The translations under genes and the position numbers were made by a program. The notes under the pieces were generated by a model. That model had not been told where the DNA came from. It worked only from the letters and a program-made list of their open reading frames with translations, and ran no database searches. Below are positions 38,068-47,081 of a stretch of 64,000 nt of DNA, piece after piece (the stretch's first letter is position 1; each line of letters starts with the position of its first letter). The stretch is from positions 394,853 through 458,852 of the forward strand of contig CAWINB010000004.1 of NCBI GenBank assembly GCA_963837465.1, read 5' to 3'. The stretch is from Candidatus Doudnabacteria bacterium (lineage in GTDB: Bacteria; Patescibacteriota; Doudnabacteria; UBA920).

Positions 38068-38508
38068 ATGCTGAATTTACAACAAATTGAAGCCGACCTG
38101 ACAACAGCCATGAAGGCTAAGGACCGGTTAACTGTAGATACCCTGCGCGGCTTGAAGGTTAGAATTCAGAATGAACAAATCGCCAAAATAAGGGAGTTAA
38201 ACGAAGCGGAGATTGTCACTCTGATAAGATCCGAAGTCAAACGCCGCAAAGAGGCGGCGGAAAGTTTTGCCGTGGGAGGCAGGCCGGAAATGGCCGATAA
38301 AGAAGCCCGGGAAGCTTTGGCGCTGGAAAAATACCTGCCGGCGCAAATTTCCGAAACTGAGCTGGCCGCAATTATAGACGCTGTTATCGTGGAAAACAAT
38401 TTTACAGCCGCGGATTTTGGCAAAGCCATGGGAGCGCTGAAATCCAAAACCGGACAATCGGCCGATGGCGCCATGATGGCGAAATTATTGAAAGAAAAAC
38501 TAAAGTAA
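38068..38508 (+). CDS. yqeY: GatB/YqeY-domain protein
   Basis: The N-terminus reads LQQIEADLTTAMKAKDRLTVDTLRGL; the rpsU-yqeY pair is a conserved arrangement. Confidence 0.8.
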   Translation: MLNLQQIEADLTTAMKAKDRLTVDTLRGLKVRIQNEQIAKIRELNEAEIVTLIRSEVKRRKEAAESFAVGGRPEMADKEAREALALEKYLPAQISETELAAIIDAVIVENNFTAADFGKAMGALKSKTGQSADGAMMAKLLKEKLK

Positions 38509-38510
38509 AA

Positions 38511-38584
38511 TTAGGGTTTAGCGGCTAGGGGTTAGCGTTTAGTGTTCCCGTTAATCCCTAAACGCTAAACGCTAAACGCTAATT
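38511..38584. repeat. palindromic repeat family 2, copy F, with three tandem ctaaacg units
   Basis: The left arm gggtttagcggctaggggttagcgtttag is inverted against ctaaacgctaaacgctaaacgctaa on the right. Confidence 0.7.
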
Positions 38585-38586
38585 TA

Positions 38587-39834
38587 ATGGCTAAAGAAAG
38601 TTACATTGTCGGCGTCGACGTTGGCACATCCAGCGTGCGCGTGGTGCAGGCTAAGCTGGACGGGCAGACCGGCCAGCTTAATATTATCGGCTCAAGCGAA
38701 GTCCCCTCGGCCGGTATGCGCCGCGGCGTAATTGTGGATATAGAAGAAGCGGTTTCCGCCATTTCCAGCGCCCTGGAAAAAGCCGAGCGGATGACCGGCG
38801 TGCCCGTGGCCTCGGCCAACGTGAGCGTGGGCGGCAGCCATATTTCGTCGCTTCAGTCGCACGGCGTTATCGCCGTATCGCGGGCCGACGGCGAAATTAC
38901 GGAAAATGATATTGTGCGCTGCGTGGATGCCAGCCAGGCCATATCCATCCCCCAAAACAAGGAAGTTCTTCACGTTTTTCCCAAAACTTTTACTTTGGAC
39001 GGGCAAAGCGGCATTAAAGACCCTGCCGGAATGAGCGGCATCCGTCTGGAAGTGGATACTATCATAGTCCAGGGCGGGTTGCCGTTCATTAAAAATTTGA
39101 CCCGTGCGGTAACCCAGGCCGGTTTGTCTATAGATGATTTGGTTTTGGCGCCGTGCGCGGCGGCCGAAGCTGTTTTAAGCAAACGACAAAAAGATCTGGG
39201 AGTCTGTCTGGTGGATTTTGGCGCCGGCACAACCAGCCTGGCGGTTTACGAAGAAGGCGATTTAATGCATACCGTGGTTTTACCCATAGGCAGCATGCAT
39301 ATTACCAACGACATTGCCATCGGCCTTCGCTGCAGCATTGAAACCGCGGAAAAAGTTAAACTGCTGTTTGGCCACAGTGACCCCAAAGCCATAGACCAGG
39401 ACGAAGAAATAGATTTATCCAAACTGGACAAAACAGAAGAACATTCCACCGTGCGCGGCTATGTGGCGGAAATTATAGAAGCGCGTCTGGAAGAAATTTT
39501 CAGGATGATAAACAGCGAGCTGAAAAAAATTTCGCGCGACGGCAAACTGCCGGCCGGAATTATTTTAACCGGCGGCGGCGCCAAAATGCCCGGCATAGTG
39601 GAATTTTGCAAAAAACATTTGCGCCTGCCCTCGTCTTTAGGCAAACCTCAAGTCTCCACAGTCATAGACCGCGTGGAAGACCCCAGCTTTGCCACAGCCT
39701 CCGGCCTCGTCCTCTGGGGCAACAAATACACCTCCAGCTCCGGCCAGCAACAACTGGGCAGCATAATCAAAAACCTGCTCAGCAACCAAAGCGTGGCAAA
39801 GCTAAGAAATTGGATGAAGAGCTTTTTGCCGTAG
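38587..39834 (+). CDS. ftsA: cell division protein FtsA
   Basis: The actin-like ATPase N-terminus is YIVGVDVGTSSVRVV, with conserved DFGAGTTSLAV and GGGA motifs. Confidence 0.9.
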   Translation: MAKESYIVGVDVGTSSVRVVQAKLDGQTGQLNIIGSSEVPSAGMRRGVIVDIEEAVSAISSALEKAERMTGVPVASANVSVGGSHISSLQSHGVIAVSRADGEITENDIVRCVDASQAISIPQNKEVLHVFPKTFTLDGQSGIKDPAGMSGIRLEVDTIIVQGGLPFIKNLTRAVTQAGLSIDDLVLAPCAAAEAVLSKRQKDLGVCLVDFGAGTTSLAVYEEGDLMHTVVLPIGSMHITNDIAIGLRCSIETAEKVKLLFGHSDPKAIDQDEEIDLSKLDKTEEHSTVRGYVAEIIEARLEEIFRMINSELKKISRDGKLPAGIILTGGGAKMPGIVEFCKKHLRLPSSLGKPQVSTVIDRVEDPSFATASGLVLWGNKYTSSSGQQQLGSIIKNLLSNQSVAKLRNWMKSFLP

Positions 39835-39860
39835 TTAACTTTTTGTGCTATAATATCAAT

Positions 39861-40067
39861 ATGCGCAATTGGTTTATGAATGATAAACATTTTGCTAATA
39901 ATAATGAAAAAGCTATTTGGCAACTGGAACAAATGGTGAATTTTGGTTTGGCCCGGGGGGAGAAACTTAACAAGAAACAACTGTTAAAATTTTGGGACAA
40001 CCTGAGCCTGGATCCGTCCAAAAAGAAATTTTTACAGGATATAATTCCCGAATTATGGACATCTTAA
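39861..40067 (+). CDS. small hypothetical protein (possible remnant of a partner gene of the adjacent AbiEii-like toxin)
   Basis: It is 68 aa counted from MRNWFMNDKHF; the ORF track entry 39606.. begins inside ftsA. Confidence 0.25.
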   Translation: MRNWFMNDKHFANNNEKAIWQLEQMVNFGLARGEKLNKKQLLKFWDNLSLDPSKKKFLQDIIPELWTS

Positions 40068-40847
40068 GTTCCAGGCAGATTTTACTTTTGGAAAGTTTTG
40101 GCAAAGAAAAATTCCTGAAACAAAACTTTTATCTGACCGGCGGCACTCCCTTGGCCGCTTTTTATTTGCGGCATCGTTATTCCGAAGACCTGGATTTTTT
40201 CAGCGAAACGGAATTTGATGTTTTAGAGCCTGTTTAATAAATTGCTTTTGAAGGCGATCTGCCAGAGGCGGAGGAGCTAAAAAGTTGAAGAAAAATGAGG
40301 CGATACCAGGGATTATCGGTGAATTTTGATGAGACTTTTGCAGCCCAATTCCTGAAATTGCGGCCAAAATGAATTTTTAAACAGGCTCTTAGACATTACT
40401 TCTTATTTCGGTAAAGTTAAGCAGGAAGCGGGCTTTGAAAAAATTGATTTGCAGCAAAGCTTTAACCGCAATCTTTATTTTTTAACTTTTCCGGAGGAAG
40501 TTTTGAAGCTGGAGTTTACCTATTTTCCTTTTCCCCGCATTGAGCGCGGGCCGGAACATTATGGAATTACCACTGACAGCCTTACGGATATAGCGGTCAA
40601 TAAATTATTTTCTGTCTACCAGCGTACCAAGGCCCGCGACTACATAGACTTATATTTTATTTGCAGGCGGGAAAATTTTACAATCCAGGATTTAATCGTC
40701 AAAGCCAGGGCCAAGTTTGATTTCCACATTGACCTGCTGCAGCTGGGGACAAAGTTTTCGCGGGCCGCCCAGGCAACGGATTACCCGCGAATGATAACAA
40801 AAGTTACCGACTCCGAATGGCAAGATTTCTTTAAGGATGAAGGATGA
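40055..40847 (+). pseudogene. AbiEii/AbiGii-family nucleotidyltransferase toxin gene, disrupted (two ORF fragments at 40055-40237 and 40449-40847)
   Basis: The N-terminal fragment has LTGGTPLAAFYLRHRYSEDLDFF (AbiEii/DUF1814 signature) and the C-terminal fragment continues the family. About 210 nt between them lack a continuous frame. Confidence 0.6.
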
Positions 40848-40919
40848 AGCCAAAAAACTCGGCAGTCAAATTTTGGAATAAGCGCGGCTTTCTTTGTCAC
40901 TGTAGGGCAACAAATACCC

Positions 40920-41015
40920 CCCGGCTCAGCCCAACTCGGCAGCATAGTAAAAAATTTAATGAACAACGAAAACGTGGCCAAAATAAGGAAATGGATGAAA
41001 AGCTTTTTGCCGTAA
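40920..41015 (+). other. diverged duplicate of the ftsA 3' end (encodes ...QLGSIVKNLMNNENVAKIRKWMKSFLP*)
   Basis: It is about 75% identical at the nucleotide level to the ftsA terminus at 39744-39834 and ends with the same MKSFLP-stop. Confidence 0.65.
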
Positions 41016-41152
41016 TATTGACGCCATAAGGTATAAAGGTTACTTATATATTATACCCTTAAATAAGGGTTAATTTTGTAATAATATATTAAATATTAAT
41101 GTCGGCTAAACTTGTGTGTATTATAAAAAAGTCTTGACTTTTTTGTAATATC

Positions 41153-41533
41153 GTGTATAGTAGTCATATTTATTTTTTTGACACGGGATTGGTGAATGGG
41201 GATGAGGGTAAAAAGTTTGAAAATTTTATGGCTGTCAGCCTGCTTAAATCGGCATTGGGGGAAACAGACTATAGCGGAAAGGCCCATGAAGTAAACTATG
41301 TGCGCACTAAAGAAGGCAGGGAGGTCGATTTTGCCCTGGTGGAGAACAATAAAATTATCAGCCTGGTTGAAGCCAAACTGGCCGATGGAGAACCGGATAA
41401 AAATCTGAAATATTTTTCAGAAAAATACGGCATTGCCGGAACACAAGCGGTTAAGGAGCTTAAGCGCGAAAAATCTTTGGGCAAAATTGACGTGCTTTCG
41501 GCCGAGAGGTATTTAAAAAGCCTGTTTTTATGA
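41153..41533 (+). pseudogene. C-terminal fragment of an AAA-ATPase/DUF4143-family protein (N-terminal ATPase domain missing)
   Basis: A YFFDTGL motif lies near its start, and no upstream coding region for an ATPase domain is present. Confidence 0.45.
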
Positions 41534-41609
41534 AAACAGTTTCGTAGCGGTCTCTAAAATCTTCTATAACAAACCATAAGTATAAGTAAGGGTAAATTTA
41601 TCCAAGTTC

Positions 41610-42929
41610 TTACTTTTCCTCAAACGCCGCCCATAGGGCGCGGAATTTGTCTACATAAGGCTGAGTTTCTGCTTTCAAATGATGCTGCCAATTGGCGCCA
41701 TAGTCCCGAATGGCGTGAGCTGCTGTAGGGGCGCCGCCATTATAGGCTGCCGCCAAGTACTCTCCCATAAACTTAGAATCCTGGGAAAATACTCTTCTTT
41801 GCTCCGGGCTGGCATTACTTAAATCTGAATCGAAAAGCAACAGGGAAGCCATTGCGCTATTTTGATGGTCGTCCATACCATCTCGAAAGCCTTTAACCAA
41901 CCTGGCTTCGGGATACTTTCGGGCAATCGATTCATAAGTATTAGGAATGAATTGGAACAAACCACCGGCTCCGGCGTTGCTATAGGCATAAATATAGGAG
42001 TATTCCCTATTAGCTCCTACAACGGTTAGCACTCTGTTAGTCAAATCGCCAATAACTTCTCGCTCAGCGTTGGCCTGGGTCAACGTCGGTACATTTGGCG
42101 CGGTTGGATGCTCTAATTTATGAGCCTCACGTTTAAAGACAAAGGGGTCAATATGTTCGCTCATGGAAAGTAGTAATGCTACCTTCATAGGCATGGCATC
42201 GGCCAAAAGTTTGCCTGGGAAAGCTTTGGATACTACCTTCCTCATTCGCAAAGCCTCCTGGGCCGCAATTAGTTGCCCGACTAAATAATCATAACCCTTT
42301 TTTCTTATGACTGGCGTGTCCAGGTCTTCGGTGTAGGGGGTATATATTTCTTCCTCAAAATTATTTTCGATTTGCAGCGCTCTTTTCAGGGCTAAAACTA
42401 CATGATGTTGGGGAGCCGTAATTTCAAACGCTGTGCCAATACCTAACGCCTCTCCTTTTACTACTTTAAAACCCTCCTTGTTAGGGGCGCCGTTTTGATC
42501 TACGTTTATGAACTCAATTTGGTTAGGGTGATTTACGGAATCAGTAGCCGCCAACAGGATATTGTAAGTTTTTAGCTTTTCTTTATGCTTTATAACAGGC
42601 GCCCTTTTTTGTCCTTTTCTTTTCTTCCCGTAAATCGGTACGGACTCAACTGTAAATCCCGCTTTTTCATCTTCTAAGCCAATCCAGGCCTGGTCAATAA
42701 TGCCAAAAATTTCCGGACGGTTAACATAAGCGTCTTCACTGCTTAGAGATTCTCCGCTAATGAATTTGGGCGGCCTCAACTCGCCTTCTTGTTCCTTTTT
42801 CACTTCTTGGGCCACTTTGGCCGAATCAACTTTTGACCCTTCGCGCGGCAGCCGGTTGCGGATAAAATTAGCGGCGGCTCCGGCTCCGGCGGCAATGAAT
42901 AGATCCCTTCTGGAAAATTTTTCCGGCAT
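41610..42929 (-). CDS. secreted lytic transglycosylase (SLT-domain) protein
   Basis: The N-terminus is Tat-like (SRRDLFIAAGAGAAA), and the SLT motif is YSNAGAGGLFQFIPNTY. Confidence 0.65.
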   Translation of the reverse strand: MPEKFSRRDLFIAAGAGAAANFIRNRLPREGSKVDSAKVAQEVKKEQEGELRPPKFISGESLSSEDAYVNRPEIFGIIDQAWIGLEDEKAGFTVESVPIYGKKRKGQKRAPVIKHKEKLKTYNILLAATDSVNHPNQIEFINVDQNGAPNKEGFKVVKGEALGIGTAFEITAPQHHVVLALKRALQIENNFEEEIYTPYTEDLDTPVIRKKGYDYLVGQLIAAQEALRMRKVVSKAFPGKLLADAMPMKVALLLSMSEHIDPFVFKREAHKLEHPTAPNVPTLTQANAEREVIGDLTNRVLTVVGANREYSYIYAYSNAGAGGLFQFIPNTYESIARKYPEARLVKGFRDGMDDHQNSAMASLLLFDSDLSNASPEQRRVFSQDSKFMGEYLAAAYNGGAPTAAHAIRDYGANWQHHLKAETQPYVDKFRALWAAFEEK

Positions 42930-42941
42930 AAAATTTTATAC

Positions 42942-43937
42942 TTAGTAATAAAGATCTTGTTTGTATTTGTTCATCAGGTCGCGGTAGTTTTTTTCAACCA
43001 TGACATGGTAACAAGGCTGGTTGCCTTCTTGTTCCGCTTCAACGATGCCTTTTTCTTTGAGTAAAATCAGACGGCCTTCCAGCCAGCGTTTTTGCTGCGC
43101 AGTTAAAGGCCTGGAGATTTTTTCCAGGGGTGAAACTGCGTTCCCCGCGAGATCTTTTTTAAATTCATCACCCCAGACAATATCAACTGCCGCCCCGGTC
43201 GGGTGCACGGAACGGCTGGAACGGTTTCGGTTCCCCACTCTGGCCAAATCACCCGATTGCACGTCCCAAGGCCGGACAGCCGAGGAAACCATAAGCGGTG
43301 GCGCATCAGGAAACTCCAGAGCGTAGTCGTGGGCCAAATCGGTTAGGAATTCGGCGGTCCATTCCGCGCAATAATCTCGTTTATATTTGCTGCCTTGATG
43401 GACTTCTTTTCGGTGGTGCGGGCCTGTAGTGTAATAGGTGAAGTCTCCATGCAGCGATAAGTAAGGATCAAGAGTTAAAAATTTATTAGTTGGCAATTCC
43501 ACAAGGTAGCCACCATGGGGATTAGGAATCCCTTCGCCTTCTTTGTTCCTCATGTATCCATTATCGTTGACTTCAAACTTCATATGTTGCCACATGGCTT
43601 CTTTGTCTCGCAGACGGCTTAATCCATCTTGATCGGCCATTTCATTTTGCCGGTTCAGCGATTCGCGTCTGCCCAATAATTGAGTGGGGATGGCGTTTTT
43701 TTCATGGCTTAAGTCTGCGACTTTGGCGTGCCCTGGTTGACCTTCTTTAGCTTCATGTTTAGCTTCGGGTTTGGCTGCTTTTTGTGCTTCGGTCGGAAGA
43801 GGTTTGGGTTTGCTGCTCTCCAAAGAAGCCAGTTTTTTTGCAATGCCCTCTCCTGCTTGCTCCAGCATTGCGCCACCCAAAAAAGCGCCGCCAAGCCTAA
43901 GTGCATCCCTTCGATCGTATCCTTCTCTTTTAGCCAT
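42942..43937 (-). CDS. secreted peptidase M15/LAS-family-like cell-wall hydrolase (tentative)
   Basis: An SxHxxGxAxD-like motif (SVHPTGAAVD) and a Tat-like N-terminus (RRDALRLGGAFLGGA) are present. Confidence 0.45.
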   Translation of the reverse strand: MAKREGYDRRDALRLGGAFLGGAMLEQAGEGIAKKLASLESSKPKPLPTEAQKAAKPEAKHEAKEGQPGHAKVADLSHEKNAIPTQLLGRRESLNRQNEMADQDGLSRLRDKEAMWQHMKFEVNDNGYMRNKEGEGIPNPHGGYLVELPTNKFLTLDPYLSLHGDFTYYTTGPHHRKEVHQGSKYKRDYCAEWTAEFLTDLAHDYALEFPDAPPLMVSSAVRPWDVQSGDLARVGNRNRSSRSVHPTGAAVDIVWGDEFKKDLAGNAVSPLEKISRPLTAQQKRWLEGRLILLKEKGIVEAEQEGNQPCYHVMVEKNYRDLMNKYKQDLYY

Positions 43938-44012
43938 AGAGGTTATTTTAAATAATATAAGTAATTATAGCATATTACGGGTAAGAAGCGACAAAAACCT
44001 ACTAAATAAGAC

Positions 44013-44041
44013 GCTTTTGCTATTGACAAAATATGGAAAAA
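44013..44041 (+). promoter_or_regulatory. perfect-consensus sigma70 promoter (TTGACA-N17-TATAAT) followed by a short hairpin with U-run, abutting the IS5 left end
   Basis: The promoter reads ttgaca aaatatggaaaaaatga tataat. Downstream aaaaacatca ttat tggtgttttt forms a hairpin. Confidence 0.4.
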
Positions 44042-44113
44042 ATGATATAATACAAAGTCAATATTATAAAGCGCCAGATAAAAACATCATTATTGGTGTT
44101 TTTAGCCGGCCCT

Positions 44114-45389
44114 TTAAGGGCCTGTTGCCGAATGCTTAAATTGGTAAAAAGATAAGCAAGCTGATTTTAGTCTAACCCTTTTTAGGATTAAGTTTGGTTA
44201 TCTTCGTATCAATTGTTTTGTTTGAGCGGTTTCGGAGGGAAATTTCAGGATACTTTTTCCTCTCCGGACGCGCTCCATCTCAAAGCCCCAATCTAGGGGC
44301 TTGTTTGTATTGGCAGAATGGTTATGGCTTTTTTAAGGTTATGGCAAATGGCTTCAAACGTGACCTGGAAAAATACTTTAGCCCGGCCTCTGAATTTGGC
44401 TCGTTTTCTGCATTTGGAGAAGGTGCCTTCAAAGGGCATTCTCATGGCGGATATCCAGCGATCCAAATCTTTGTTCTTGGTTTTGTTATTGTTCTTTCTG
44501 ATAGTTCCCGCGTGCAGACCGTGAGCTTTTAAAACATTATCGTTTTCTTTGCAGTCAAACAGCTTGTCGGAAAATACCATACCCTGTTTGGGGCAAATAC
44601 TGTCGGTAGTCTTGTAATCAGGTACATTAGCGGCGGTTACGGCCAGTTTGGTAATTAAACCGTATCTCATGTCCACGGCCTCGTGCCGCTTGTAGCCAAA
44701 CCAAATGCTGGTCTTGCTTTTGGCTCCCCAGCGGGCGTCTTTGTCGGTGGCGTAGTTTTTAACGTTTTTGTTGTTAAGTTTTTCCTCTCCGTCGGCTATG
44801 GCTTTGTCCCGTTCATCCCAGAGGGCGGTTTTGGTAATGATACTGGAAGCATCGATGAAGGTAAAAACATTGCCGACTAAGCCAAGTGATTCTAAATGCT
44901 TGTTAATACCGGTAAAAATATCGTAGAGTTTTTGTGCGCCAATTCTCTTTCGTAGCTTGCAAAAGTAGGTATGGTCAGGAGTTTGTTCTAGCAGGCCAAA
45001 GCCAGCAAACCAGCGGACAGCCATATTTTCCTTTACGCACTTTTCCATTTCCCGGTCCGAGTAGTCTTCCCAAAACTGGATAAGCAAAGCCAGAAAGCCT
45101 TTTTCTATGGCTATGCCGGTAGTGCCTAAATCGCTATACAAAGAACGTAAGGGAGAAACAAACTGCTCAAAGTCGATGATTTCCTTAAGTCTCCTAAATG
45201 GATGAGTGGCCTCTATTATTTTGTTAAAGATCTGTTGTTCTGTCTGCAAAAGAAACGGGCTGGTTTTATCATTGGGCTGTAACATTTTTTTATTTTCCTT
45301 AATGTTTACAGCTTAATTATATCATTTTAAAAACTTTTTTACTTGAGGAAAACTTAATATTTTTTGCCATTCGGCAACAGTCCCTTTAA
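44114..45389 (-). mobile_element. IS5-family insertion sequence with roughly 22-bp terminal inverted repeats
   Basis: Left end ttaaagggcctgttgccgaatg (44114-44134) matches the reverse complement of right end cattcggcaacagtccctttaa (45368-45389). Confidence 0.65.
44293..45285 (-). CDS. IS5-family DDE transposase
   Basis: The DDE_Tnp_1-like pattern has FIDASSIITK ... DKLFD ... and a C-terminal basic tail. Confidence 0.75.
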   Translation of the reverse strand: MLQPNDKTSPFLLQTEQQIFNKIIEATHPFRRLKEIIDFEQFVSPLRSLYSDLGTTGIAIEKGFLALLIQFWEDYSDREMEKCVKENMAVRWFAGFGLLEQTPDHTYFCKLRKRIGAQKLYDIFTGINKHLESLGLVGNVFTFIDASSIITKTALWDERDKAIADGEEKLNNKNVKNYATDKDARWGAKSKTSIWFGYKRHEAVDMRYGLITKLAVTAANVPDYKTTDSICPKQGMVFSDKLFDCKENDNVLKAHGLHAGTIRKNNNKTKNKDLDRWISAMRMPFEGTFSKCRKRAKFRGRAKVFFQVTFEAICHNLKKAITILPIQTSP

Positions 45390-45440
45390 CAAAATTTTCG
45401 ATTCACAAGTACCACGAATTTCGTCCAGGAGGACAACCCA

Positions 45441-46610
45441 ATGAAGAAGCAACACATGACGGCGAGCACGCTCGCCATTTTCGCGCTGATGGTTCTGGCC
45501 ACCATGACCGGATGCAGCAAACCCCAACCCGCGCCTGTTCAACAAAAAGCCGCGGAACAGCCCGAGCCGCCGCCGGCGCCCAAGAAGGTGTCCGTCACCT
45601 TTAAATCGTCGGAGGCCCCGTTCTATCTATCGGAGCATTACAGCGCTGGCAGAATCCAGGAGTTTAGGACGCAAAGCAATAAGTCTGACGATGTGTGGAC
45701 GGCTACCTACGACGAGATGAACCTTGGTAATAACAATCAGTACGCGACCCTGGTCCAAGACGGCAATATTGTGCTTACCAAGCGCATTCCGGCAGAGAAG
45801 TTCTCGGGCACCGAAGACAAGAGTATAGACTTAGACGACAGCGAGCTTGAGGCTCTCAGTCCTGACGGCTGGGTCGTGCGCCCGAATGTTCGCGTGCACG
45901 CGTTCAAGAGCGAATTCGCCGATACCAAGACCGTTAAAGTCGGGGGTGACGACAAGACCCTTGACGAACTCGCGAAGAGCCAGTACCCCTGGAGGATTAC
46001 CCGCTTCGGCCAAGGTTTCCAGGCCGAAGTGGATAACGATGTCCTCCTCAATGGCTTCCGTCCGGACGGAGTGCGCCTGTTCCTGCGGCGCCAAGAGGAG
46101 CTTAAGGCCGGCGACGACCTGGTCGAAGCCATTAAGGACGGATCCGTAACCGGTTTGGCCGTTGAGCAGCAGATTGGGAACTTCCATGAGTACGCTGCTC
46201 TGTTCGATTCTATGCCGGATGCCATTAAAGGTCCGGCGATCGATACGCTGGTTACCATCATGATTCCCAAAGTGACGGCCAAGGCTGACGAGCCTTCTGC
46301 TAGAAACGCTGCTGCTCGAGTCCTGCTAGATTTTACTTGGGACATGGTCAAGGCCATGCCGCCAACGATGGACTCAGCATGCAGTAACTGGCCAGATACA
46401 GTCGCAGACAGGCCGGTTCCGAACTATGGCAATCTCACCCAAAAGCAGTGCATGGAGAGGGTGGATATGCTTAAGTTCTGGGCGCGGCGCGGGCAGTTTT
46501 CATTCGAGAGGACCAAGGCCGATGTGGCCAAGGCGCTCGGTTCAGCTCCTGCTCCGGCCACCGGCGGCATTCCGAAAAAAGGTATCCCCAAGAAGGGAGC
46601 TGGTAAGTAG
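45441..46610 (+). CDS. lipoprotein, hypothetical (high-GC gene)
   Basis: A lipobox MTGCS follows a signal peptide, and the C-terminal tail is Gly/Lys-rich. Local GC is clearly above the window average. Confidence 0.5.
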   Translation: MKKQHMTASTLAIFALMVLATMTGCSKPQPAPVQQKAAEQPEPPPAPKKVSVTFKSSEAPFYLSEHYSAGRIQEFRTQSNKSDDVWTATYDEMNLGNNNQYATLVQDGNIVLTKRIPAEKFSGTEDKSIDLDDSELEALSPDGWVVRPNVRVHAFKSEFADTKTVKVGGDDKTLDELAKSQYPWRITRFGQGFQAEVDNDVLLNGFRPDGVRLFLRRQEELKAGDDLVEAIKDGSVTGLAVEQQIGNFHEYAALFDSMPDAIKGPAIDTLVTIMIPKVTAKADEPSARNAAARVLLDFTWDMVKAMPPTMDSACSNWPDTVADRPVPNYGNLTQKQCMERVDMLKFWARRGQFSFERTKADVAKALGSAPAPATGGIPKKGIPKKGAGK

Positions 46611-46776
46611 TAGTTGCTTTACCTCAAAATCCTCACTATAGGATCAGGGCGAGCAGTTTGCATCTAAATGATGTATTCTGCCCGCCCTGTTTTATTAGTT
46701 TAAATAGATATAAAGTTTTAATTATAGGAAAAAATATAATTTTCCTTTTAAATAAGGTACTAGATAATACTTATTC

Positions 46777-46805
46777 TTGACATATAGTTAGAAATAATGT
46801 ATAAT
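46777..46805 (+). promoter_or_regulatory. perfect-consensus sigma70 promoter (TTGACA-N17-TATAAT) with a long structured leader
   Basis: The promoter reads ttgaca tatagttagaaataatg tataat. Three hairpins follow before the ATG at 47082, including gtatcccttgc...gcaagggatac. Confidence 0.5.
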
Positions 46806-47081
46806 AATAAGTCAAAATTAAATTAGTTCTTTATCTTCTGGTTTCATTTTTGCTCTTAAAGAAAAAGCAAAAATGAGTCCAGAATTTCTGGCTCAATTGT
46901 TCTTTAATAAATATCCAGGAGGATAAACGTTACTATTTTAAATTTAAGTATCCCTTGCGAATAAAGCATCCATAAAATGAATGTTTGGATTCTTTCTTAG
47001 CAAGGGATACTCTCAAGTTCCCAAGCGCCCGGCACGTAGTGCCGGTATCCCAGTCAATACACTGTACAACGGAGAAAAAAG

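Noticed and set aside
39606-40067. A 153-aa ORF in the track starting inside ftsA.
   Set aside because: Its upstream two-thirds is an alternative frame of ftsA. Only the part after ftsA's stop (from about 39861) is a plausible independent small ORF.
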